From positions 70,184,001-70,248,000 of the forward strand of contig CM126222.1 in NCBI GenBank assembly GCA_052327205.1: DNA of 64,000 nt. The letters are read 5' to 3'. A model generated the notes under the pieces. The model made no database searches. It was given only the letters and a program-made list of their open reading frames with translations, and had not been told where the DNA came from. Positions 1 to 12,096 of this stretch are shown here, piece by piece. The translations under genes and the position numbers were made by a program. The stretch comes from Somniosus microcephalus (taxonomy: Eukaryota). How positions within the stretch are numbered: the stretch's first letter is position 1; each line of letters starts with the position of its first letter.

Positions 1-410
1 GTACTATACCATCATGAAAATATCTTTGCAGATTTCAAGATACCTGTACTGTCCATATTTCACCTAATAAATCACTGGCATGAAAGACCGTTAAGATCCC
101 CATATACAACAAAGCAAAACAAGTCCTATCCACACATTCATCTCTACACGAATGTAAAGGCTACAGGTGGTTTTCCTAACGGGCCAGTACAAAAGGGTTG
201 CTGTAACTAAGCGATAGGTGAATATTTTATTCCCACTATCTTCCCAGACGACTTCTCGAAGCATTTTGGCTCTATAAAAGTTCACAGCAAACAAACCACA
301 GTTTGCCTCTTCATCCCCACAACCGATTTATTAAAAAATTTTGGGAAATATACAAGCTTGCCAGCATTTCCTTTATTGCCCATCCCTAGCTGGCCTGAGG
401 TTGTGGTGGG

Positions 411-639
411 TCACGTAAGAAAACTACGAGGCACTTGGTCTAAGTATTAAACAAGGCTTTAATCAACTGTTTTTCAACATGGAGATCTAGTTGTGTCCTT
501 CACTAGTTCCTGTTAAAGAATGTCCTGAGCAAGCTGGGCCCATGCCCGAGTATTTATACTCGCCCTGGACAGCGCCACCAGCAGGCTGCCCAGTATCATT
601 TCATAAGTCATTGCCACATGAATGACAAGATTCATGTCA
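411..639 (-). mobile_element. Probable solo LTR (229 bp) nested in a LINE 3' remnant
   Basis: 5-bp direct repeat GTGGG at 406-410 and 640-644. Minus strand starts TGACATG and ends with a degraded TACGTGA, with a TATA-like motif (plus tatttata ~551) then ATTAAA (plus tttaat ~468). The flanks rejoin into the LINE tail seen at 11450 and 63060. Confidence 0.6.
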
Positions 640-972
640 GTGGGTTTTCTCCTTGAACCCTTGTGGTGATGGCGCTGAGCAGCAGCATTCTATTAGAGAT
701 CGAGGGCTGGGATACCCAAACAACAAAAGGTTTGCTCTCGGTACTCCTCCCTCAATGGCAAAGAAATCAAATCTGTGCACCAAGATATTTTAGTATTGGA
801 CCAGGATATAAGATAATTAATGCAAACATCTATTTAAACTTTTACATGGGCCAAAGGACTCCGTGGTACGAACCTAGGTAGCCCACACAAACAAAAAAAG
901 TTCAGACACTCTAGGAGATGCGTATTGTGATAAACTATTTTAATGACATTATGACCTACTGGCGCAGATATA

Positions 973-1456
973 AGGGTGCAGAAAAGATTTACAACAATGA
1001 TTCCAGGAATGAGGGACTTCAGTTACATTGATAGACTGGAGAAGCTGGGGTTGTTCTCCTTGGAGCAGAGAAGATTGAGAGAAGATTTGATAGAGGCATT
1101 CAAAATCATGAGGGGTCAGGACAGGGTAGGTAGAGAGAAACCGTTCCCATTGGCAGAAGGGTCGAGAACCAGAGGACACAGATTTTAAGTGACTGGCAAA
1201 AGAACCAAAAGAACCAAAGGCAACATAAGAAAAAAAAAATTTACGCAGCGAGTGGTTAAGATCTAGAACGCACTGCCTGAAAGGGTGGTGGAGGCAGACT
1301 CAATCTTATCTTTCAAAAGGGAGTTGGATAAGTACCTGAAGGGAAAAAAATTGCAGGGCTACGGGGAAAGGGCAGGGGAGTGGGACTAGCTGAGTCTCGG
1401 CACGGGCTCGATGGGCCGAATGGCCTTCTTCCGTGCTGTAACCATTTTATGATTCT
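973..1456 (+). mobile_element. CR1 LINE 3' fragment (tail type B)
   Basis: ORF2 C-terminal peptide VQKRFTTMIPGMRDFSYIDRLEKLGLFSLEQRRLREDLI; 3' UTR with GGCC-GAAT-GGCC stem-loop and short tail repeat. Confidence 0.9.
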
Positions 1457-2252
1457 AATAAGCTTCTGCACAACAAGTTTGCTGCCTTACAAAACTTAGC
1501 CGAACTACCATCCCAGCCTTCGCAGTTCCTCAAAGCGGTAGCGTCATAGACTATCTTTTTTAGCATCCTTCCTGCTTCAACAAGGACAACCCTCCAGCTT
1601 TCAACAAATATATACAAGATGTTCAGCTCCATAAGCCCTTGATACTGTAGACAAGCTTTTCCTGTCATTCCTTCTCACCCTGGAAAGCCCCAACTGTGTA
1701 AAGTGACTCATCCATTTCTCTTGGTTACACAAGACCCCAATCCAACCTGCAGCATTTCCCATAAAGTGTGAAAACAATGGAAAAAATAGTAAAAAAGTGA
1801 AAGTGGAAAAAAAATTAAACAAATAGCGAGCCAAAAAAGTAAAGCAGAATGAGGGAATGGAGGAAGAAAGAGAATGAGCGTCAAGAAACAAAGATCTTGG
1901 ATGAAACTTTTTACATAGAGCGCAAGTCACCATTTCGGATCATTAAAAAAAATTTGGATAAGTTATTTGAAAAGGAAGACGTAAAAGGATCCAGGGAAAG
2001 GCCAGGAAAATATGATTTAATAGCTCCAGTTGAAGGCCTGACATCACTACATGCACAATACAAGGCTTGTCAAATGTTTTGATACTGGTGATTAGGGAGA
2101 TGAGGATTAATGTAATGTAAAGTTGTGTTTTAAACCCTTCACCTCTGAGCTCTCTACACATCCCCGAGCCCCCCTCCCACCACACATCAAAAAAAATTGT
2201 TTCAAAGAATCCTGCTACCAAATGTTATTTTAGTTGAGTTTTATAGATGTTA

Positions 2253-2675
2253 ATAAGAAATAGGAGCAGGAGTAGGCCATTCAGCCCTTCGAGCCTGCTC
2301 CGTCGTTCAATAAGATCATGGCTGATCTTCGACCTCAACTCCTTCTTCCCGCACTATCCCCATATTCCTTGATTCACTTAGTATCCAAAAATCTATCCAT
2401 TTCTTTATTGAATGTACTCAATGACTGAGCATCCACAGCCCTCTGGGGTAAAGTCCAAAAATCACAACCCTCGGAGTGAAGAAATTTCTCACCTCAGTCC
2501 TACGTGGCCGACCCCTTATTCTGAGACTGTGACTCCTAGTTCTAGACTCCCCAGCCAGGGGAAACATCCTCCCTGCATCTACTCTGTCGAGCCCCTTCAG
2601 AATTTTATGTTTCAATGTGATCACCGCTCATTCATCTAAACTTCAGAGAATATGGGCCTAGTCTACTCAATCTTA
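2253..2675 (-). mobile_element. CR1 LINE 3' fragment (tail type A)
   Basis: Peptide ILKGLDRVDAGRMFPLAGESRTRSHSLRIRGRP; 3' UTR similar to 32465-32542. Confidence 0.9.
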
Positions 2676-2866
2676 TGTTATAGCAGGAAACTCAACTGCC
2701 TTTTGTATATACTGCCAATATTTACTTGTGTACAGCAAACCTCCCATCTGCTTATAATACTCAAAATAACGCTAACCAAAATCACACGTGATGCAAAACA
2801 GGATTATAACAATCCCCAAGATTACATTAGACAGGCTTCTACTCAAAGTGAAATTAGGCGACTTAC

Positions 2867-3069
2867 CATAACCTTCTGGGAGATCAGGTGGGAGGTGCAA
2901 ATGCGTCCGACTCATGTAGTTCCTGTGTCTTTGTGACCTCACTCTCCTCTCTGCCATCCTTGGGTCAGGAGTCTGTCCACATGAGGCGCCATTAGCTGGT
3001 GTAATTGGTGTATTCTCATCTACAATGCAACTCAGTGGCCTGCCAGGACTGGCATATTCAGAGGCCGGC
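2867..3069 (-). CDS. SMURF2: SMURF2 exon 8 equivalent, WW1-WW2 linker and start of WW2: PASEYASPGRPLSCIVDENTPITPANGASCGQTPDPRMAERRVRSQRHRNYMSRTHLHLPPDLPEGY; 203 nt
   Basis: Pyrimidine tract plus catag acceptor, donor gtaagt; ERRVRSQRHRNYMSRTHLH is characteristic of SMURF2; phase 2-1. Confidence 0.97.
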
Positions 3070-4489
3070 CTATGACCAGGTGGGGGAAGAGAGAGAAATT
3101 AACACTTTACTTCTAGTATTTATATAGAAATATAATGAAGCTGTTCTAAACACAACACTGAGACAGCAATGTACAATAAAACCAAACCTATACCCTACAA
3201 ATATAGCTATGTCATTGTCATGAAAATATGGGTAACAAAAGAGAGGTGAGGCATAGGTGTGTAACAACAGTTCCTGCACAGTACCCCCATGATCTCAATC
3301 ATGCCGTGGTACAAAGGTGGAAAGTGGAGGTTAGGTCTTTGCTTAAAAAGGGAGGAAGGGAAGAACTGGGAAATTTAGGTCGCCCTCCTAGTTGAGGATA
3401 GGATCAGGTATTTGGGGACACTGGGAAGGAAAAAGAAAAAAATGAATGATCAAAGGAAACTTAAAATAATAGTACTTTAATAGCAGTTTACTGAGGTGTG
3501 CTATGGAACTCTACAATATTTAATGTAAGGAACCCGGCTGACTGATGAAAGCTCTTCCACACAGGAAAGAAAAGGAAAATAAAGATAATGAATCAAGTTA
3601 TTGTGGTTGGAAGGGAGAGAAGGAGGGTTCCCTCTTGCACACTTCCTAGCTTCCAGCAATGGAGCAACATTGAAAAGGGGCCTTGGAACAGGTTAGAGAA
3701 TGGCATATAAAGAGGAAAGTTTAAAATAAAAATAAAAAATCACAATTGAATGGTATGCAGAGCAAAATCTGAAATTTGTCAAACCCATTGCAACTTTAAA
3801 CAATGTTTTACAAGTATTTTAAATATTAGTACTAAGGCAATCGGAAAATGAACAGAAGGTAAAACAAATGTTCATATTCTTCACAAAAGTTCTTTAATTC
3901 TAAGTTCCTTTAAGTTGATATTGAAGACTATATTTGGTAAGGAAATGCCCAATAAGCATTTTGTTTGTAGTTAGAGACTTATTTAGTTAATGTTTTAGTG
4001 TTGTCTTCACACTAAATCAAGGGATGCTAGGATGCTTAAATCCAAGTCTGACAAGCTGAAGACAGAAAGTAACAAACTGGCTTCGATGGCATGTTAACCA
4101 TATAGAAAAACAACTGGAGAATCTTCAATAAATCTTATGATGTAAATCAAGGTCAAAATCTCAACTGCCCTGTTCATGTCTGAAGTGTCAGCTGAGCGAT
4201 CTGGAAGAGGCAACGAGTGGACTTCCCCATATGAAGGGGAATTTAAAAAAATGAAGGGCGAGCTGTCGCAGGTGGAGCAGTCACAGACCACTTCTGCACA
4301 ATTTCTGGTGCTTAATTATAGGTCGCCATTGGTAATAGAGGCTTTACGCTAGACAAACAGCATGCAATATTTGCAGGGTGGGAAGGAGAAGGAATGTAAA
4401 CCAAATGATGAGAAGGTGCCTCATCAACCAACACTGTTTCCTGTTCCCCAACATACCATTTGAAAAATCATTTTCCTTGATTACAAATA

Positions 4490-4833
4490 CCTCTATGCCT
4501 TGCCCCACCCTACCTCGGTAACCTCCTGCTACCCCACCTCTCTCTCAGTCCTCTGACTCAGGCCAACTGTTCATTGCCCACCCAATTCTCCTTGTAGTGG
4601 CAGAACTTTCATTCACCGATGTTCTACCCTCTAGAACTCCCTCCCTAAACCTCTTCCGCTTGCCATGTTCCTCCCTGTCTCTGAGCCTCCTCAAAACTTT
4701 TCTTGCCAAGAAATCTTCGGTCAACTCATCTAACTCTTCTACTACTGCTTGATCCGCACTCTCCAATGTGAATGAAGCACCGTAGGAAATTTTATTACAT
4801 TAAAAGGTACAATATAAATGAAAGTTGCTGTTG
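4490..4833 (+). mobile_element. Degenerate L2 LINE 3' end
   Basis: ctagaactccctccctaaacctc segment and aaaggtacaatataaatgaaagttgctgttg tail, shared with other L2 copies in the window. Confidence 0.7.
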
Positions 4834-5139
4834 GAACTTCAAAGCTTTGTGTCTTGAGTGACAAATATTGATAGCATTCCCCATTTTGAGTTCCATATCC
4901 CAGCTACGATGACAGGGGAAGGCACAAAATGAAGGCTAAGAAATTCTTAAGGTCTCAGAGAGGTAAAAGAAATATAAATTGGAAGGAGTCAACTCTGGCT
5001 GCACTGGTCCATCTCCTAGCAGCCAATTACACAGTAGCATTGCTGAAAGCCTGCTGTAGGTTAGCCACCTGCCCGCTGTCTGTGCATGGATTTCATCCTC
5101 AGGTTTCTCCCCTTTTCCCCATCTCCGAGGATGCTGATT

Positions 5140-5470
5140 ATTGTTGGGGTACAGTTTCAAAACCACTGAGATGCCCTCTATTACCTTAACAAGTGGCCAT
5201 TCTTGATTTGTGAGCCTAGGCAGTAAATATCACCAGGGTATTTGACTGCGGACAGCATCAGAGTCAAGCCTGATCCTGCTCTCAGCCGGCATCCCCACAC
5301 AAATGCACTTTCTAGTAGAATTCATTGGCTAGTGGCCAGGGTATTGAGGTCAATTACAGAATGCGCACCGTCATGCCATCCAAAATCTACTAACTCAGCA
5401 CAGAATAGGAACCTTTGAGGTTCGTGTGGCTGAAAACCACATTCATGGTGCAAGTATCCGCTGAGCCAGG
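5140..5470 (-). mobile_element. Old tRNA-derived SINE (AmnSINE2/Nin-like family, name tentative)
   Basis: Reverse complement aligns by eye with copies at 32780 and 43620 (aagtggccattctt, gtgagcctag, agcctgatcctg blocks). Confidence 0.6.
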
Positions 5471-5591
5471 AAAACTAACTAAAGAAAATAGTTGAAATCT
5501 AATAATCATCAATTAATTTTTGTAAAAGATACAGAAGTTACAGACTGAAACAATGCTGATCTTTATTTAAAAACTAATCAAACAAGTCAAT

Positions 5592-5687
5592 CAGCTGAAA
5601 CTCAGGTCCGCCCCTCCCCCTGCATTTAAGGAAGCAACTGAAATAGAAAGACTGATTTATGCTCACATGACTCACATCCGCCATGTT
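5592..5687. promoter_or_regulatory. Candidate intronic enhancer motif cluster (E-box, GC box, TCACATGA, AP-1, YY1)
   Basis: CAGCTG 5592-5597, CCGCCCCTCCCCC 5608-5620, TCACATGA 5663-5670, TGACTCA 5668-5674, CCGCCATGTT 5678-5687, in sequence not recognised as repeat. Motif evidence only. Confidence 0.3.
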
Positions 5688-6299
5688 GCATGACAGGAAA
5701 GAGTCAGATACGGTGGAATTTTTGAAGGAGACTGTGGTCTGAGTGTCTGGTGATGTCATGGTTTCTTCGTTTATCTGGGATTTTTTTTTTTTTTTTTTTT
5801 AAACACACTACTGTACAACACAATTTTAGTTGCTGAAGCCTATGCACGTAATGCACTGATAACAGTGTCATTAATTTTGACCCTTAAAAGGGGTTTGAAG
5901 AATGGTTTATGTTTTCCGCTGTTAAAGCGCCACTGCCCTACAACTTCCACTTGTTTTCCGCTCAAAATTTCACAGCCAAAAAAGATTGCCTGCCACAAAA
6001 ATGTTAGCTATAATAAACAATTTTGTAAATTGTATTTTGAGAGAAGTGGGGGGGGGGGGGGTTGAAAAAGAGGTAGAAATCAAAATTATGAACTATGAGG
6101 TTTATTGACAAATGGTATTTAACTTCAGTCTACACAGAGAGCTAGCAATTAAGTGCAAAAAGTAAAGTTAATCATTATGGAGATATGGGTATAATTTGCA
6201 ACCTGAATTCTCATTATACATACACTCAATTTTTTTATATAAATGTTAAAATGTCATGTTTAAAGTGCACCATGTTTAATGGAAAATTGAGCTCAAAAG

Positions 6300-6720
6300 C
6301 TCTCCCAATGGTGTAGTTAGTAAAGTCACCATGTAATTGGCCCATAGAGCCTACAAATCCCAGGTTCAATTTCTAGTCCATACTGAGTTCATTAATCTCA
6401 GCCAGGATGGCACCGCTGGGCTGGGGGATGGCAGGGTGGGGGTAGGGGGGTTTGAAAAGAAAAGGATCATCCTCCTGGGATCCCACTCCTAATTGTATAC
6501 CATGCACCTGCTTTTCAGCAGGGTTTACTAGATCATGGTTAGGTCAGAATTGGTCTCAGCTGTGAAGGCCACACTTCACCCTCCATAGTTGAAGAGCTGG
6601 CCAACACTCACCGACTAGACTCACAAATGAAGAGCGGTCATGTGAGATTTCAGACACCTCAAGCAATCTGTGGGATCACACCCTACCAAGAGTCGATGCT
6701 TTCAGGAATGGAGGATGGGA
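6300..6720 (+). mobile_element. Old tRNA-derived SINE (AmnSINE2/Nin-like, tentative)
   Basis: B-box-like caggttcaatttc at ~6361; internal blocks (ccaacactcaccgactagactcacaaatgaagagcggtca) shared with other copies. Confidence 0.6.
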
Positions 6721-8101
6721 CAGAGTTGGCACAAAAAAAAGTGCGCTCAGAAATTCTTTGTAGCGGTTTGATACAACGGAGTGGCTCGCTAGGCCACTTC
6801 AGAGGGCAGTTAAGATTCAACCATGTTGCCGTGGGACTGGAGTCACATACAGGCCAGACCGGGTAACTACTACACTACCGTACCCTGGTTGCATATCCTT
6901 AGCTGTATCTATATCTTTCGAAAAGGGCTACATTTCAATCAAGTTTTGAAGCTTTCGCTCAAAATATACTTAAATAGCACACCACAAATGAGTCCATTTG
7001 TCTGGCATGATTTTCTCCGTGGCTGTCAGTTTGCTTGTCCATCAGAGGGCCATGATCATCTACAGTCTTCTGCCTTTTGACTAGCTTAAAAAATTTTTTT
7101 GGATAGAGTCTTTAGCCAATCAAAACCCACCTTTGTGCAATTTGCTTCCACCTCCAATTAAAGGATGGGAGTCAGGGAAAGCAGAAACAATGCAAGGAAA
7201 GGGTTTAGAAGAAAAAAAGAATAGATTCAAAAGTAACATTAAAAAGTTAAAATAAAAACAGGAGAGAAAAAATTGAGGTGAGGAGTGTTTATATATTTTT
7301 TTTTAATGTCATATTTTGTATTTTGGTTGTATTGGGATACTACAATAATAAAGCTACTCCTGACATCTCAGTAACTCCATCACTGAAGTATTAGTGTATG
7401 TTTCAGCAGCATGGTGGGGGGACTGAAAACTTACACTAATGCAGAGAGACTGGATTTGTGAATGATTGAAGAGTTAATTACATAAATCGCTGGGAAACAA
7501 ACTGCAAAAACACATTACATTGTTTATTGTCCATTAATAAACACTTATCCTTTACAAAGAATTGCATTATACAATACTGGACAGTGCTTTCTGTAGATTA
7601 ATCATTTATCTATTACATTCAAGGGATGCCAATATGCTTTTTACTTCATGCAATTCTTTGCACAACAAATCCAATTACAGACTTTTTAATTAAAGATTTT
7701 GTTTATACCGTATTTCAACCGGAGCAGAGCACCATCTTTACAAGCATATTGTGGAGCAGGGGCATTAAACAGGTGCCATCATCAACTTTAGTGGATAAGC
7801 TTAAAACAAGTCATTTAGATTCAGAAAGGCTGAAATTCTGAAAAAGCAAATTAAGAAATGTGAAAAGCACAGAAGTGCGGAGTGATGCAGGAAGGCTGCA
7901 AACAGGAGGATGCAAATTCTTTCTCCAAGGAGAGGGCAGATACACGAAGGGAAGGAAATTTTAAAAGGAAAAAAGGAGGTAAATTAACCTATTCCACTTT
8001 CATTGCCCGTTAAGTGGCTGGCACTTCTCTTCAATAATTATTTGCAAGCAGTAGTCAGGTCAATGCAGCTTTAAAAGTATGGTATTAACCAAGCACAGAC
8101 A

Positions 8102-9237
8102 GATTTTAGGAAGGCGGTTGACAAAGTACCACATAGAAGGCTGTTTAATAAAATTGAGGCTCATGGAATAGGTGGTCAGTGGCAGATTGGATAAGGAATT
8201 GGCTTAAGGATAGAAAACAGCAAATTGTGGTAAATGGCTGTTTTTCAGACTGGAGGATGGTAGGCAGTGGTGTTCCCCAAGGGTCAGTGCTGGGGTCACT
8301 GCTTTTTTTGATGTGACCTGGATATTGGAATACAGAATAGAATTTCTAAATTTGCCGATGACACCAAACTTGGGGGTGTGGCAAACAGTGAGGATGATAC
8401 CAATCGACTGCAACAGGACATAGAAAGGCTAGCAGAATGGGCAGATGGAATTTAATAGAGAGAAGTGTGAGGTGATACATTTTGGCAGAAGGAACAGGGA
8501 GAGGCAATATAATGGCACAGTTTTAAAGAGTGTGCAGGGACAGAGGGACCTGGGAGTTAATGTGCATAGGTCCCTGAAGATGGCAGGACATATTGAGAGA
8601 GTGGTTAGCAAAGCATATGGGATCTTCGGCTTCATAAATAGAGGTATTGAGTACAAAAGTAGAGAAGTTACGCTGAACCTTTATAAAGCGCTGGTTAGGC
8701 CACAACTGGAGTATTGCATCCAGTTCTGGTCACCACACTTAAGGAAGGATGTGAAGGCCCTTGAGAGGGTGCAGAGGAGATTTACCAGAATGGTTCCAGG
8801 GATGGGGGATCTTAGCTACAAGGACAGGTTGGAGAAGCTGGATTTGTTTTCATTAAAGCAAAGGAGGTTGAGGGGTGATTTGATAGAGGTGTATAAGATT
8901 ATGACAGGTTTGGATAGGCTAGTCCCACTAGTTGCTAGCACAAGGACTAGGGGACACAGATTTAAGGTTTTGGGCAAGAGATACAGGGGGGATGTGAGGA
9001 AAAACCTTTTTACGCAGCGAGTGGCGAGGACCTGAAACTCGCTGCCGACAGAAGTGGTGGAAGCGGAGACACTCAATGTTTTCAAGGAGAGGCTGGATAG
9101 GCACTTGAGGGAAATAAGCTTGCAGGGCTACGGGGAGAGCGCGGGGGGGAATGGGACTGACTGGATTGTTCCACAGGGAGCCAGCACGGACTCGATGGGC
9201 CGAATGGCCTCCTTCTGTGCCGTTATGACTCTATGAC
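8102..9237 (+). mobile_element. CR1 LINE, 5'-truncated (RT C-terminal part plus type B tail)
   Basis: GVPQGSVLG and SKFADDTKL motifs; ORF 8445..9035 contains [20 protein letters not shown]; tail gggccgaatggcctccttctgtgccgttatgactctatgac. Confidence 0.93.
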
Positions 9238-9285
9238 CTCAGAATCTACCGCAGCAGAAAGGGATGGCTATTATTCTGCACTTAC

Positions 9286-9369
9286 CGAGTCGGTCTCTCC
9301 CACTGTGTCGTTCGTGTGATGTGGTTGAGATACTGTATCCGACCTGAGGCAGTTCTTCGTTCTTCCCAA
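9286..9369 (-). CDS. SMURF2: SMURF2 exon 7 equivalent, WW1 domain: WEERRTASGRIQYLNHITRTTQWERPT(R); 84 nt, phase 2-2
   Basis: Acceptor ttgactag, donor gtaagt; WW signature (W...YxNH..RTTQWERP). This extra WW domain distinguishes SMURF2 (3 WW) from SMURF1 (2 WW). Confidence 0.97.
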
Positions 9370-9574
9370 CTAGTCAACAGAAACAGATAAAGTAGCAAGT
9401 GACATTTCCTGGAAACAGGGATAGGAATGTGTCCAAAGCCAACATAGGAAACAATTCAATACTAAGAAATGGTTATCAAGAAACGCATTCCAAAACTTGG
9501 TTACAAACTCAGTGGTTGCCAGAATGTAGCCTGTTCTGGTGGAGTGATTATAAACCATTTGCCATAAATCACCC

Positions 9575-9840
9575 TCTCCCGAGTCAGAAGATTGTGGGTT
9601 AAAGCCTCATTCCAAGACGAGCACATAATCTAGGCTAGCGAGTGCAGTACTGAAGGGCTGCTGCATTGTCAGAGGTGGGTTTTTGTGCATTGAACGTCAA
9701 AATGAAGGTTGTGTCTGCCTGCTTAGGTGGACGTAAAATACCCCATGCAACTATTCAAAGAACAGGGAGTTTTCCAGGTGCCCTGGCCAAAATCTATCCT
9801 TCAATTAACACCACACCACCAAAACAGATTATCTGGCAGC
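9575..9840 (+). mobile_element. Deu-domain SINE (SacSINE1/AmnSINE1-like), partial
   Basis: tRNA-like head (cagaagattgtgggttaaagcc) plus a core similar to the 55015-55360 copy. Confidence 0.7.
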
Positions 9841-11119
9841 ATAGATGTGTACCATGAAGTCTCAGGGGCACGTAGAAAGTTTAAATCAATGTTCCCATTA
9901 ATTCGTACTTCAGAGCCACATACAAGATTTCAATCCATCGTCCCCTTAATTTGCATACATCTCACACTGGGGACACCAACAGTCCTTGGTGATCGGATTT
10001 AGAATTCACTGCCAATGAGGCAACTGTGTTCACAACAGTCCTGGGCAAACATCCAGCAACACAAAATTTGAAAAACAAATCCAGCAAGTAAGAAATATAA
10101 GCAAAAAATAGGATCAAATTGCCTGGGCTTTGAGGGCTGGATTGACAGGGATCAAGAACACAATTTGGACACTGCTTAAATAAGGAATATTGAAGATTAG
10201 GCTAGGGGGTCCTCTGAATCACAAAAGCTGGGATCTAGAGGCCAGCAGAGGCTTAGTGATCTAAGCTGAAGCTTTGCATGCAAGCCAATTCTCAGATATG
10301 AATTTAAGATTTGTATATGAAGGTGAAAATAATTAGAAGCCATTTGATTTATAAAAAGGAATCAGACGATGAGACCTCTTTAAAAGGACTACGCTCCAGC
10401 TAAGTACTTAATGCGTTTTTTTTTTAAACATGTAGGAAGCTGTTTATTTCCTTTTTCACAATTTGTTTTAAAAAGTTATTCCCACACTGACACGTTCCTC
10501 TATGGAGCCTCAATGCTTCTACATTTTCTTAGTACAACGGTGAAGCGGATGCATTCTAGTGACATCAGCGAAAAGGATCTCCTTGGGGTCTGTCTGCTTA
10601 TCATGAGCGGCAGTGATTTCAGCCTCTTTTCAGACCAACTGCTAGCCATTAGTGCTGAGATTTTGATTAAATGCAAGGAAAACTGTAAATTAGTTTTCTT
10701 CCTTAAAACAATCAGTTAGAGGGGCACATCTAGCTGGAATTACTTACCATTCATAGTATCTAATTCTACTGTTACTCCTTTTACATTTTTAGTAAGATAT
10801 ATTCACAGATATTTGAATTCTCATACTTATGCAATTCAAATTCCAAGACATGCTATTTAAACTCATGATCTATGCACGCTTATAGTTTCTGTCAGTCTCA
10901 TTAGGTTATTTATACCTTACTAGATTCAGAATTGTAAGATCTGCAATCCATTTAGACGCCCACATCCAATTTTCAGTTGTCTAATAATGGATTCAGGGAG
11001 TCACGTCGAGAAAAAAATCAGCACATTAATTATGTTTTGCAAGAAGATACCATCAGACACAACAGTGTAATCATTAACACATGCACCAGTGATTTCTACC
11101 AGTGATAACCAGCGGCAGA

Positions 11120-11512
11120 TCACACCCTCCACCACCGGCGCGCCATGTCTGCAGTGTGTACCATCTACGATGCACTGCGGCAACTCGCCAAGTCTGCTTC
11201 GACAGCACCTCCCAAACTCGTGACCTATACCACCCAGAAGGACATGGGCAGCAGGCTCATGGGAACACCATCACCTCCAAGTTACCCTCCAAATCACACA
11301 CCATCCTGACTTGGAAATATATTGCTGTTCCTTCATCGTCGCTGGGTCAGAATCCTGGAACTCCCTCTCTGACAGCACCGTGGGAGTACCTTCACCACAC
11401 TGACTGCAGTGGTTCAAGGCAGCAGCTCACTACCACCTTCTCGAGGGTAATTAGGGATGGGCAATAAATGCTGGCCTTGCCAGCGACGCCCAAATCCCGT
11501 GAACGAATAATA
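11120..11512 (+). mobile_element. Non-LTR retrotransposon 3' end (CR1/L2-group, distinct family)
   Basis: Encodes an SF-x-WNSL-type ORF2 C-terminus; tail agggatgggcaataaatgctggcc; second copy in reverse at 63030-63520. Confidence 0.75.
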
Positions 11513-11769
11513 TAAAATCAGCAACAATACATGAATTCTAATTATACAAACAGGTCAGCAATGTGGGCAATTTTCAATTCCAACTGCAAGTCTACTTGGA
11601 ATGTCACTCCACCAGACACAGGTTTAGGACCAATACTGCTTCTGGATAAGCCTGGTCTTCAAAGTAAGCTCAATCAAAACTTTACTGAAGCATAAAACCA
11701 GAGCAAAAGCTTTTACCAACTACTGTGGGTCCTGTAAAAGTTTTGAAGTAGATTACACCAGTGCCTGTA

Positions 11770-12096
11770 CAGGAAACTTTGGTTTATCCGGAGGTTGTAT
11801 ATCCGGGATACTCGATCTAACGGCAAAAATCAGGAGCCATTTTCTATAAGTTTTTTTTAAGTTCTTGTTCTTTTTTATTCCCCCAGTCAGGCACTGCAAG
11901 GTCTGTAGCTATAGCAACAGCTTCAGCTAGAGACGCTTGCAGCTGCAGCTGACACTTTAGAAGCTGTTGCTAAGCAACAGTGTTTGTTGTCAGATACGGA
12001 GATGAAAACCTCCGTATGCTTCAACATTAACTTTGTATGTCCGGCAGTTTTGATAGATCGGTTACACGCCGGTCCCGGATATCACAAAGTTTCCTG
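11770..12096. mobile_element. Tc1/mariner-type (pogo/Tigger-like) MITE, 327 bp
   Basis: Perfect 12-bp TIR CAGGAAACTTTG / CAAAGTTTCCTG with TA on both sides; internal inverted repeat TAGCAACAGCTTC ... GAAGCTGTTGCTA. Confidence 0.85.

Noticed and set aside
91-294. ORF AKMLREVVWEDSGNKIFTYR after an acceptor-like ttttatag
   Set aside because: Does not match the expected next SMURF2 exon (EQRTTQQGQVYF...), and there is no convincing donor or known motif.
5574-5780. Possible cassette exon on the minus strand (ag...gtgagt)
   Set aside because: The acceptor is preceded by poly-A rather than pyrimidines, and the required phase gives an immediate TAA.
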